Origin: Comamonas sp.
GTDB taxonomy: Bacteria; Pseudomonadota; Gammaproteobacteria; Burkholderiales; Burkholderiaceae_C
DNA length: 64,000 nt
Direction of reading: 5' to 3'
Assembly (NCBI GenBank): GCA_041984925.1
Contig: JBHIXF010000012.1
Span: 34,029 to 98,028 of the forward strand
Positions 30,319 through 37,808 of this stretch are shown here, one piece after another; position 1 is the first letter of the stretch, and every line of letters begins with the position of its first letter. The position numbers were made by a program, and so were the translations under genes. The notes under the pieces are model-generated. The model had not been told where the DNA came from. It worked only from the letters and a program-made list of their open reading frames with translations, and did no database searches.

Positions 30319-30546
30319 TCAGCGCCGGCGCAGGATGTGGATGAACTCCGCGCCCACGGTCTGCTGCTCCACCAGCTCGTTGCCGGTCTGCTTGGCAAAG
30401 GCCTGGAAGTCGCGCAGCGATCCCGTGTCCGTGGCCACCACCTTGAGCAGCTGGCCGCTGTCGAGTTCGGCCAGCGCCTTCTTGGCCTTGAGGATGGGCA
30501 GCGGGCAGTTGAGCCCGCGCGTATCGATTTCCTTGTCTACTTGCAT
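30319..30546 (-). CDS. TusA/SirA family sulfurtransferase
   Basis: 75-aa ORF with the DTRGLNCPLPILKAKKAL active-site Cys motif. Confidence 0.88.
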   Translation of the reverse strand: MQVDKEIDTRGLNCPLPILKAKKALAELDSGQLLKVVATDTGSLRDFQAFAKQTGNELVEQQTVGAEFIHILRRR

Positions 30547-30552
30547 AGTGCT

Positions 30553-31143
30553 TCAGTTGTTCTGGCCCAGGCCCGCGCGGCGCGCCGCGTTTTCCTCGGC
30601 AGTGAAGAATACCGGCTCGTGCCCTCGGCTCCTGAGCCAGTCGGCCAGCGCATAGCCGGTGCCGGCCGGCCAGCACTTGAGCTCGCCGAGCTCGTACATC
30701 CGGTAGTCCAGCAGCTCGGGCGACAGCCGGACCTCGCCCTGGGCCACCACATGGTAGGCGATGATGACCTGGTTCATGCGCAGGAACTCATAGGCCCCCA
30801 CGATCTCGCAGGAAACCACATCCAGGTTGGTTTCCTCCTTGACCTCGCGCGCCACGCCCTCGGTGGGCGACTCGCCGGCCTCCATGAAGCCCGTGATCAG
30901 CGCGAACATGGTCGGCGGCCAGGCCGCATTGCGCGCCAGCAGCACCTTGCCGTCGACCTCGACGATGGCGGCCAGCACGGGCGTCGGATTGTTCCAGTGC
31001 GTCCAGCCGCATCCGGGGCAGCGCAGGCGCGACACATCGCCTGCGTCCTCCGCCTGGACCACCCATTGCAGGGGGGTGGCACAGTGCGTGCAGTAGCGGG
31101 TTTCATAGTGCATGGGACTGTTCCTGGTTTTTTCGGCGGTCAT
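30553..31143 (-). CDS. NUDIX hydrolase with N-terminal zinc ribbon
   Basis: Nudix box GFMEAGESPTEGVAREVKEETNL, preceded by CTHC...CPGC. The start could also be the internal ATG at 31113. Confidence 0.82.
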   Translation of the reverse strand: MTAEKTRNSPMHYETRYCTHCATPLQWVVQAEDAGDVSRLRCPGCGWTHWNNPTPVLAAIVEVDGKVLLARNAAWPPTMFALITGFMEAGESPTEGVAREVKEETNLDVVSCEIVGAYEFLRMNQVIIAYHVVAQGEVRLSPELLDYRMYELGELKCWPAGTGYALADWLRSRGHEPVFFTAEENAARRAGLGQNN

Positions 31144-31176
31144 GGCCAGTCCGCCTGCGGCGGACCCGTCGCGGCG

Positions 31177-32082
31177 TCAGGCGGGGAAGACGCCCGTGGA
31201 CAGGTAGCGGTCGCCGCGGTCGCAGACCACGAAGACGACGGTGGCGTTGCGCTCGCGCTCGGCGATCTGCTGGGCCACCCAGCAGGCACCGGCGGCCGAG
31301 ATGCCCGCGAAGATGCCTTCCTCGCGCGCCAGGCGGCGCGCCATGTCCTCGGCATCGTCCTGGCCCACGAGCACGGTCTCGTCGATCAGCGAGCCATCGT
31401 AGATCTTGGGCATGTATTCCTCGGGCCACTTGCGGATGCCGGGAATGCGCGAGCCCTCGGCCGGCTGGGCGCCGACGATGCGGACGGCGGGATTCTTTTC
31501 CTTGAGGAACCGGGCCACGCCCGTGATCGTGCCCGTGGTGCCCATGGCGCTCACGAAGTGCGTGATCTCTCCGCCGGTCTGCTCCCACAGCTCGGGGCCC
31601 GTGGTTTCATAGTGGATGCGCGGGTTGTCCGGGTTGGCGAACTGGTCGAGCACCACCCCCTTGCCCTGGGCCACCATCTGGTCGGCCAGGTCGCGCGCAT
31701 ATTCCATGCCGCCGCTCTTGGGCGTGAGGATCAGCTCGGCGCCATAGGCCTTCATGGTCTGGGCGCGCTCGATGGACAGGTCCTCCGGCATGATCAGCAC
31801 CATGCGGTAGCCCTTGATCGTGGCCGCCATGGCCAGCGCAATGCCGGTGTTGCCCGACGTCGCCTCGATCAGCGTGTCGCCGGGCCGGATCTCGCCGCGC
31901 TCTTCGGCGCGCCGGATCATCGACAGGGCCGGCCTGTCCTTGACCGAGCCGGCCGGGTTGTTGCCTTCCAGCTTGCCCAGCACCACGCTGCCACGCTCCT
32001 GGCGAGACTGCGCACCAATGCGCTGCAATGCCACCAGGGGCGTGCGGCCGATGGTGTCCTCGATGGTCGGATAAATTTTCAT
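31177..32082 (-). CDS. cysM: Cysteine synthase B (O-acetylserine sulfhydrylase B)
   Basis: Near-collinear with the remembered E. coli CysM sequence (KLEGNNPAGSVKDRPALSMI, IEATSGNTGIALAM, GTTGTITG, CDRGDRYLSTGVF). Start at MKIYPT (32082); an upstream ATG at 32100 is also possible. Confidence 0.92.
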   Translation of the reverse strand: MKIYPTIEDTIGRTPLVALQRIGAQSRQERGSVVLGKLEGNNPAGSVKDRPALSMIRRAEERGEIRPGDTLIEATSGNTGIALAMAATIKGYRMVLIMPEDLSIERAQTMKAYGAELILTPKSGGMEYARDLADQMVAQGKGVVLDQFANPDNPRIHYETTGPELWEQTGGEITHFVSAMGTTGTITGVARFLKEKNPAVRIVGAQPAEGSRIPGIRKWPEEYMPKIYDGSLIDETVLVGQDDAEDMARRLAREEGIFAGISAAGACWVAQQIAERERNATVVFVVCDRGDRYLSTGVFPA

Positions 32083-32121
32083 AGCCTTACACTGTGCCAT
32101 AATTCGCCCCTGCGCTCAGTA

Positions 32122-32206
32122 GCCCGGGTGGTGAAATTGGTAGACGCAGGGGACTCAAAATCCCCCGCCGCAAGGCGTGCCGGTTCGATTCCGGCCCCGG
32201 GCACCA
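32122..32206 (+). tRNA. tRNA-Leu (anticodon CAA), CCA encoded
   Basis: 85 nt: acceptor GCCCGGG/CCCGGGC, anticodon loop CU-CAA-AA, long variable arm (CGCCGCAAGGCG), T-arm GCCGG-TTCGATT-CCGGC, 3' ACCA. Terminator at 32266-32289. Confidence 0.95.
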
Positions 32207-32265
32207 TCGCTTTGATGCTATCAAAGCAATAGCTACAGGCGCATCATAGGATCAACCGTTGCCGC

Positions 32266-32289
32266 AAAGACCCGCCAGGGTCTTTTTTT
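32266..32289 (+). terminator. Intrinsic terminator after tRNA-Leu
   Basis: AAAGACCC-GCCA-GGGTCTTT stem followed by a T-run (7 consecutive T at 32283-32289). Confidence 0.75.
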
Positions 32290-32491
32290 ATGCCCGTCCA
32301 TCTTCGTGGCTGCTTTGGCAGCCCGGCCGCAGGCGGCTTGCCCGGCTTGCGCCAGGCCCAGCTTCGAATGCCTTACGGGTCCGGCGGCATCGCAGGCGTG
32401 CTAACCTGGGCATTGCTTGAGAAGGGTTGGACTTCCACCCAAGTTTGCACTCACCTTCCTCATCCAGCCCCCCAACCACCCCGGAGAAGGC

Positions 32492-32890
32492 ATGCAACAC
32501 CCGCTCGAGTACTTCCTTTACCGCAGCAAACTGGCCCCGGGCACGGACGCAGCCTGCGTCGCCAGAATCATCAAGACCGCCAGGCAATTCAATGCCGAAG
32601 CCGACATCACCGGCATGCTGGTCTTCGATGGCGAGAATTTTTTCCAGTATCTCGAAGGTGTGCCGCATCAGCTGTACCCGCTGATCGAGGCCATCGCCCA
32701 GGACACGCGGCATGTCGGCTTCACGCCCCTGGAGCGCAGCCCGTGCGCCAGGGGGCGCCGCTACGGCGGCTGGTCCATGGCCTACCTGCAGCTCGACGAT
32801 GCCAGCGGGCTTGCCGAACTCGCCGAGCTCACGCCCACCAGCGCATTGGGCAAGATGGCACAGCTGGCAACGCTGGTCGATGCCCATTGA
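32492..32890 (+). CDS. Short BLUF-domain blue-light photoreceptor
   Basis: 132-aa product from the ATG at 32492 (GGAGAAGG upstream). BLUF signature residues: FLYRS (Tyr), FN...ADITGML, FFQYLEG (Gln), DTRH, GGWSM (Trp/Met). Confidence 0.88.
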   Translation: MQHPLEYFLYRSKLAPGTDAACVARIIKTARQFNAEADITGMLVFDGENFFQYLEGVPHQLYPLIEAIAQDTRHVGFTPLERSPCARGRRYGGWSMAYLQLDDASGLAELAELTPTSALGKMAQLATLVDAH

Positions 32891-32957
32891 TTGCCACCGC
32901 CCCATCCACGTCCCAAGCCCCCAAACCAGGGTATAATGCGCCCCCTGCGCTCAAAGA

Positions 32958-33022
32958 GCCTGGGGATTCGGAGTCCTGGCATGTCGATCATGCCGCCGAT
33001 GGGACTGCGGCCCTGGACACCA
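32958..33022 (+). ncRNA. Candidate tRNA-like small RNA (degenerate cloverleaf ending ACCA)
   Basis: The element follows TATAAT at 32932-32937. Its leader nearly copies the tRNA-Leu leader. A 7-position acceptor-like stem (one mismatch, two G-U pairs) closes three hairpins. The 3' end reads ACCA. Terminator at 33032-33073. No canonical D- or T-loop sequence. Confidence 0.4.
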
Positions 33023-33031
33023 GATGATGGC

Positions 33032-33073
33032 CAGCCGGAAAAGCGATCGCTGCTTTTTCGGCTGTTTCTTTTT
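33032..33073 (+). terminator. Intrinsic terminator after the tRNA-like element
   Basis: CAGCCGGAAAAGC...GCTTTTTCGGCTG (about 13 bp) followed by TTTCTTTTT. Confidence 0.75.
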
Positions 33074-33463
33074 CGCCCCGCGGCTGCCGCATCAGTGGCC
33101 GCGCACCTCCTGCCCGAACCTGCCGCCCTGCCCCAGGGCGCGCAACGCATCGCGGCCTTTCCGTCGACACGAATCCACGCCCCATCGCCTTGGGCGGGAT
33201 GTCCCCTGCGCGCCTTTCACCGAGAATCAGGAAAAGCTGTGCACAACTTCACCTGCCGGCAGCCGGAGCGACGCGCTTGCGCGCACAGGACAGCCCGCCT
33301 GCATCACCGCGCAAGCCTGCCGATGCGAGCATGCATTGGCCCAGCCCTTGTGCATTTTTCTGAAATTCCATATTGAAATCAAACACTTGAAAATTTGACT
33401 TCTTTCCAGGCAGCAGGCACACGCGCTGCTTCTCCCTCGGACCAGGTCGCCGGAACACCCATG

Positions 33464-33492
33464 AAAAAAAGCCACCCTCGGGTGGCTTTTTT
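33464..33492. terminator. Bidirectional intrinsic terminator
   Basis: AAAAAAA-GCCACC-CTCG-GGTGGC-TTTTTT. Confidence 0.75.
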
Positions 33493-33652
33493 CTCCACAG
33501 AGCCACTGGACAACCCTGTGGATAGCATGTTCGGAACAAGTGAACAGCGCTTGCAAGTGCCTGCATTCACAGGAGCGCAGGTGGCCTGCCTTCAAATCGG
33601 GCAGCGCGCATTCCAAGGGAAAACCCCAGGCCTGCGAGGCGGCTTCCCCGTC

Positions 33653-33868
33653 CTAGCTGCGCCGGATCTGCGCGCGGCCAGCCTCCGTGATGTGCCATTG
33701 GCGGCTGCCATCCAATGCCACGAGTCCACGCTCCAGCAGCCTCCGGGACAAATGCTCCCGTGCGGCGGTCTCCAGGGACACGGGCTCGCCCATCTCCAGT
33801 TTCTTGAGCACTTCCAGCTCGTCCACGGTCGGCTCGTAGACTGGTGCGTGATAAATGGTTTCGGCCAT
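33653..33868 (-). CDS. Hypothetical small protein (71 aa), possible mini winged-helix
   Basis: The ATG at 33868 is preceded by GAAGGAG. Product MAETIYHAPVYEPTVDELEVLKKLEMGEPVSLETAAREHLSRRLLERGLVALDGSRQWHITEAGRAQIRRS. I recognise no family. Confidence 0.5.
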   Translation of the reverse strand: MAETIYHAPVYEPTVDELEVLKKLEMGEPVSLETAAREHLSRRLLERGLVALDGSRQWHITEAGRAQIRRS

Positions 33869-34058
33869 CGCAACTCCTTCGCAATTCAATGTCTCATGCC
33901 CGTCGACTCTCGGGCACGCATCCAACATAGCCTTGGCCGCGGGGCCGCGCAATCGGTGGCCGCACCTTTTTTCGCGTTGTGGGCGATGATTGCACGCTTT
34001 GCGGCGATGTCCCACAAGCAGGGCAGCCGCAGCACCCGCCCAGGAGTTCGCGCTTCCC

Positions 34059-34439
34059 ATGCTCTACGCCATCACCGCCTTGTTCGCCTTTCAACTGCTG
34101 GGCGAAGCCATCGTCCAGCTCACGGGCCTGCCGCTTCCCGGCGCGCTCGTGGGCACCTTGCTGCTGCTGGCGGCGCTGCTGGCCCATGGCCGCCTGCCCG
34201 AGCCGCTGGAGAAGGTCGCCGGCGTGCTGCTGCAGAACATGATGCTGCTGTTCATCCCCGTCATCGCGGGCGTGATGCTGGAGTTCGACCGGCTTTCGCG
34301 CGAATGGCAGCCCTTCGTGATCGCCTGCATCGCGGGCGCGGCCATCACCTTCCTGGCCACGGCCTTCACTTTCCGCTGGTGCCTGCAGCGCCAGCGTGCC
34401 CGCGAGGAGGCGGCCGCCAGCCGGGGGGAGAAGGCATGA
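34059..34439 (+). CDS. lrgA: CidA/LrgA family holin-like protein
   Basis: 126-aa product with four TM helices. The N-terminus MLYAITALFAFQLLGEAIVQLTGLPLPGALVG is typical of LrgA. The stop overlaps the lrgB start (ATGA). Confidence 0.85.
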   Translation: MLYAITALFAFQLLGEAIVQLTGLPLPGALVGTLLLLAALLAHGRLPEPLEKVAGVLLQNMMLLFIPVIAGVMLEFDRLSREWQPFVIACIAGAAITFLATAFTFRWCLQRQRAREEAAASRGEKA

Positions 34440-35170
34440 GCGCGCCGTCCACCCTCTGGCAGTCGCTGGCCGGCAACGCGGCGACGGCCCACCTGCCCTG
34501 GCTGGTGCTGACCATGGCGGTCTACCTGGCGGCCATGGCGCTGTACCGGCGCAGCGGCAACCACCCCTTGCTGATCCCGGTGTTCACGGCCGTGGTCGTC
34601 ATCGTCGGCGTGCTGCTGGCCACGGGCACCTCCTACGCCAGCTACCGCAGCGGCGTCTCGCTGCTGGGCCTGCTGATCGGCCCGGCCACCGTGGCGCTGG
34701 CGATTCCGCTGTATGCCCAGCGCGAGCGCATCCGCGCGCTGTGGCTGCCCATCGGCGTGGCCCTGGCCGTGGGCTGCGTGGTGGCACTGCTGTCGGCGCT
34801 GCTGATCGGCTGGAGCCTGGGCGGCTCGGTCCAGACCCTGGTGGCCCTGGCGCCCAAGTCGGCCACCATTCCCATCGCCCTGCCCATGGCCGAGCGCTTC
34901 GGCGGCCCGGCCTCGCTGGCGGCCGTGGCCGTGGCCATCACCGGCATCGCGGGCACCATGATGGCGCCGCTGCTGATCCGCCTGGTGCGCAGCGAGGACC
35001 CGGCCGTGCAAGGCTTTGCGCTGGGCCTGACGGCCCATGCCATCGGCACGGCGCGCGCCCTGCAGATCCACCCGGCCATGGGCGCCTTCTCGGCCCTGGC
35101 CATGGGCCTCAACGGCGTGGCCACGGCCGTGGTCATGCCGCTGTGCCTGGCCGTCCTGCCGTGGTTTTGA
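34436..35170 (+). CDS. lrgB: LrgB family protein
   Basis: 244-aa polytopic product (LLIPVFTAVVVIVGVLL...APKSATIPIALPMAERFGG...GLTAHAIGTARA), matching LrgB blocks. Confidence 0.85.
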   Translation: MSAPSTLWQSLAGNAATAHLPWLVLTMAVYLAAMALYRRSGNHPLLIPVFTAVVVIVGVLLATGTSYASYRSGVSLLGLLIGPATVALAIPLYAQRERIRALWLPIGVALAVGCVVALLSALLIGWSLGGSVQTLVALAPKSATIPIALPMAERFGGPASLAAVAVAITGIAGTMMAPLLIRLVRSEDPAVQGFALGLTAHAIGTARALQIHPAMGAFSALAMGLNGVATAVVMPLCLAVLPWF

Positions 35171-35290
35171 AGAGCAGCGCGGGTTTTCCCCAGAGCCACC
35201 CCCACAAGCCTGTGGACAAGCCCCGCCAGCCCCAGGGATAAGTCGGTTAAGTGGTTGTCATCGTTGAACAATCCATAGCCTGCTTAATTT

Positions 35291-36238
35291 TCAGGCAGGC
35301 CGGTGCTCACGGGCGCGCTGCTGCAGCCATGCCGAGAACACCCGCAGCGCCGGTGCGGGCTGCGCATCGGGGGCCAGCGCCGGCGTGACCAGGTAGTAGG
35401 CACGGTTGCCGCGCAGCGGCTGGGGGCAGGCGATGATGAGGTCGCCGCGCGCCAGTTCCTGCTCGATCAGCATGGGCGGCATCAGCGCCACGCCCAGGCC
35501 CTGGCTGGCGGCCACGGCCAGCATGGAGAACAGCTCCAGCCGCATGCCGTCGAGCGCGCGCGGCGCGGCCACGCCCATGGCATCGAACCACTGCTGCCAG
35601 CCGTAGGGCCGCGTGCTTTGCTGCAGCAGCGGCATCTGCGCCACGATCTGCGCTCCCACGGGCAGCCAGGCGCGGCCCGGCTCGCGCGCCTGGGCCGTGG
35701 CCAGCAGCTGGGGGCTGCACACGGGCACGACCTCCTCGTCCATCAGCCACTGTGCCTGCACACCGGGCCAGCGGGCCACCTGCTCGGGCGTGCCCGCGTA
35801 CAGAGCGGCATCGAACACCGTGTCGGCAAACAAAAAGGGCCGGGTCTGCACGTCGATATGCACCGTGACCTCGGGGTGCTCGCGCGCCAGTTGCGGCAGG
35901 CGCGGCAGCAGCCAGCGCGTGGCGAAGGTGGGCACGGCGGCCAGGTTGAGCGGACCGCCCTCGCCCTGGTGGGCCATGATGTCCAGCGTGTCGCGCTCCA
36001 GGCCATGCAGCCAGCGCGAGACCTGCTGGGCGTACTGGGTGCCCGCCTCGGTCAGCCGCACGCCGTGGCGCGTGCGCCGGAACAGCGGCACGCCCAGGAA
36101 TTCCTCCAGCGCGATGATCTGGCGCGAGACCGCGCTCTGGGTCAGCGACAGCTCCTGCGCGGCGCGCGTGTAGCTGACGTGGCGGGCGGCCGATTCGAAG
36201 CAGGCCAGGGCTTGGGTGGAGGGCAGGGCTCTACGCAT
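35291..36238 (-). CDS. LysR family transcriptional regulator (GcdR-like, divergent from gcdH)
   Basis: 315-aa ORF with an N-terminal HTH ([28 protein letters not shown]). Its divergent position relative to glutaryl-CoA dehydrogenase matches the Pseudomonas gcdR-gcdH arrangement. Confidence 0.85.
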   Translation of the reverse strand: MRRALPSTQALACFESAARHVSYTRAAQELSLTQSAVSRQIIALEEFLGVPLFRRTRHGVRLTEAGTQYAQQVSRWLHGLERDTLDIMAHQGEGGPLNLAAVPTFATRWLLPRLPQLAREHPEVTVHIDVQTRPFLFADTVFDAALYAGTPEQVARWPGVQAQWLMDEEVVPVCSPQLLATAQAREPGRAWLPVGAQIVAQMPLLQQSTRPYGWQQWFDAMGVAAPRALDGMRLELFSMLAVAASQGLGVALMPPMLIEQELARGDLIIACPQPLRGNRAYYLVTPALAPDAQPAPALRVFSAWLQQRAREHRPA

Positions 36239-36433
36239 GACTCATGCATTCAACGCATTCCGATGCCGCACATCATAGGGAATAACCCGCAGCAGCGATT
36301 CCATACATGCGCTTTCCGCATTCATGGATGCACAAACATCGTTTGCATGCGCGGCAGGGCCGCTTCTAAGATGCGGCGCAACAACGCCTCATGGCCCCCG
36401 GCCTCTTTGCCCTTGCCTTCGGAGATACGACAC

Positions 36434-37630
36434 ATGGCCCGCAACAGCTTCCAATGGGATGACCCCTTCCAGCTCGACCAGCAACTGAGCGACGACGAGC
36501 GCATGATCCGCGACGCGGCCCATGCCTACTGCCAGGAGCGCCTGGCTCCGCGCGTGCTGGAGATGTTCCGCCACGAGAAGACCGACATCAGCATCTTCCG
36601 CGAGATGGGCGAACTGGGCCTGCTGGGCCCCACCATCCCCACGCAGTACGGCGGCGCGGGCCTGAACTACGTGAGCTATGGCCTGGTCGCCCGCGAGATC
36701 GAGCGTGTGGACTCGGGCTACCGCTCCATGGCCAGCGTGCAAAGCTCGCTGGTGATGGTGCCCATCAACGAATTCGGCACCGAAGACCAGAAGAACAAGT
36801 ACCTGCCCAAGCTGGCCAGCGGCGAGTTCATCGGCTGCTTCGGCCTGACCGAGCCCGACCACGGCTCCGACCCCGGCAGCATGTCCAGCCGCGCCTACAA
36901 GGTCGACGGCGGCTACCGCCTCAAGGGCAACAAGATGTGGATCACCAACAGCCCCGTGGCCGACGTGTTCGTGGTCTGGGCCAAGGAAGTGACCGAGGAC
37001 GGCCATGTGGGCGAGATCCGCGGCTTCATCCTGGACAAGGGCATGAAGGGCCTGTCGGCCCCGGCCATCCATGGCAAGGTGGGCCTGCGCGCCTCCATCA
37101 CGGGCGAGATCGTGATGGACGACGTGTTCGTGCCCGAGGAGAACGCCTTCCCCGAGGTGCGCGGACTCAAGGGCCCGTTCACCTGCCTGAACAGCGCGCG
37201 CTTCGGCATCGCCTGGGGCGCCCTGGGCGCGGCCGAGTTCTGCTGGCACACGGCGCGCCAGTACACGCTGGACCGCAAGCAGTTCGGCCGCCCCCTGGCC
37301 GCCAACCAGCTCATCCAGAAGAAGCTGGCCGACATGCAGACCGAGATCACCCTGGGCCTGCAGGCCGCGCTGCGCGTGGGCCGCATGAAGGACGAGCACC
37401 AGAACGTGATCGAGATCACCTCGCTGATCAAGCGCAACAACTGCGGCAAGTCGCTGGACATCGCCCGCATGGCCCGCGACATGATGGGCGGCAACGGCAT
37501 CAGCGACGAGTTCGGCGTGGCCCGCCACTTGGTCAACCTCGAAGTGGTCAACACCTACGAGGGCACGCACGATGTGCATGCGCTGATCCTGGGCCGCGCC
37601 CAAACAGGCATCGCAGCTTTTTCAAACTGA
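36434..37630 (+). CDS. gcdH: Glutaryl-CoA dehydrogenase
   Basis: 398-aa product from the ATG at 36434 ([22 protein letters not shown]...[17 protein letters not shown]...[14 protein letters not shown]). Acyl-CoA dehydrogenase fold with GCDH-specific blocks. Confidence 0.92.
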   Translation: MARNSFQWDDPFQLDQQLSDDERMIRDAAHAYCQERLAPRVLEMFRHEKTDISIFREMGELGLLGPTIPTQYGGAGLNYVSYGLVAREIERVDSGYRSMASVQSSLVMVPINEFGTEDQKNKYLPKLASGEFIGCFGLTEPDHGSDPGSMSSRAYKVDGGYRLKGNKMWITNSPVADVFVVWAKEVTEDGHVGEIRGFILDKGMKGLSAPAIHGKVGLRASITGEIVMDDVFVPEENAFPEVRGLKGPFTCLNSARFGIAWGALGAAEFCWHTARQYTLDRKQFGRPLAANQLIQKKLADMQTEITLGLQAALRVGRMKDEHQNVIEITSLIKRNNCGKSLDIARMARDMMGGNGISDEFGVARHLVNLEVVNTYEGTHDVHALILGRAQTGIAAFSN

Positions 37631-37808
37631 CCCCCTGAGGCGCTTCGCGCCTTCCCCCTTCTCGCTTCGCGGAGGGGGACGACGCCCTCGCCGCGAGGCG
37701 GCTCTTGCTCGGCGTCCCTCGCCTTGGGCCGCGCCCGCTTTTATGTGAAGCGGGCAATGCATGACTATCGGCCAGGCAGTGACGGCGCAACCAAACTCCC
37801 TGTTTTCC

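Noticed and set aside
32958-33150. Whether the tRNA-like element is really tmRNA, SRP (4.5S) RNA, 6S RNA or RNase P RNA.
   Set aside because: tmRNA: no tag-reading-frame region and no GGTTCGA T-loop/CCA end about 350 nt downstream. SRP: no GGAA tetraloop or AGCAGCC domain IV motif. RNase P: no GGAAAGTCCGGGC core. 6S: a strong intrinsic terminator sits in the middle of the span that would be required, and the 5'/3' pairing is poor. These judgements rest on remembered consensus sequences only, so a covariance-model search is still needed.
32891-33398. 161-aa and 124-aa plus-strand ORFs spanning the tRNA-like element and the non-coding stretch.
   Set aside because: They run through a promoter, a structured RNA and an intrinsic terminator. 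They lack an RBS and have Pro/Arg/Ala-rich composition with no recognisable family.
33515-33525. DnaA-box-like sequences (TGTGGATAG at 33517-33525, TGTGGACAA at 35211-35219) as a possible replication origin, given that hda is in the window.
   Set aside because: These are only isolated 8/9 matches. There is no cluster of boxes, no AT-rich 13-mer unwinding element and no dnaA/dnaN/gidA context. They are treated instead as part of a repeated intergenic motif.
32122-35290. Genomic island or prophage remnant integrated at tRNA-Leu.
   Set aside because: No integrase, excisionase, transposase or phage-like gene is present. The repeat found downstream copies the promoter, leader and acceptor ends rather than the 3' half of the tRNA that integrases target. 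The region contains only BLUF, a small ORF and lrgAB.
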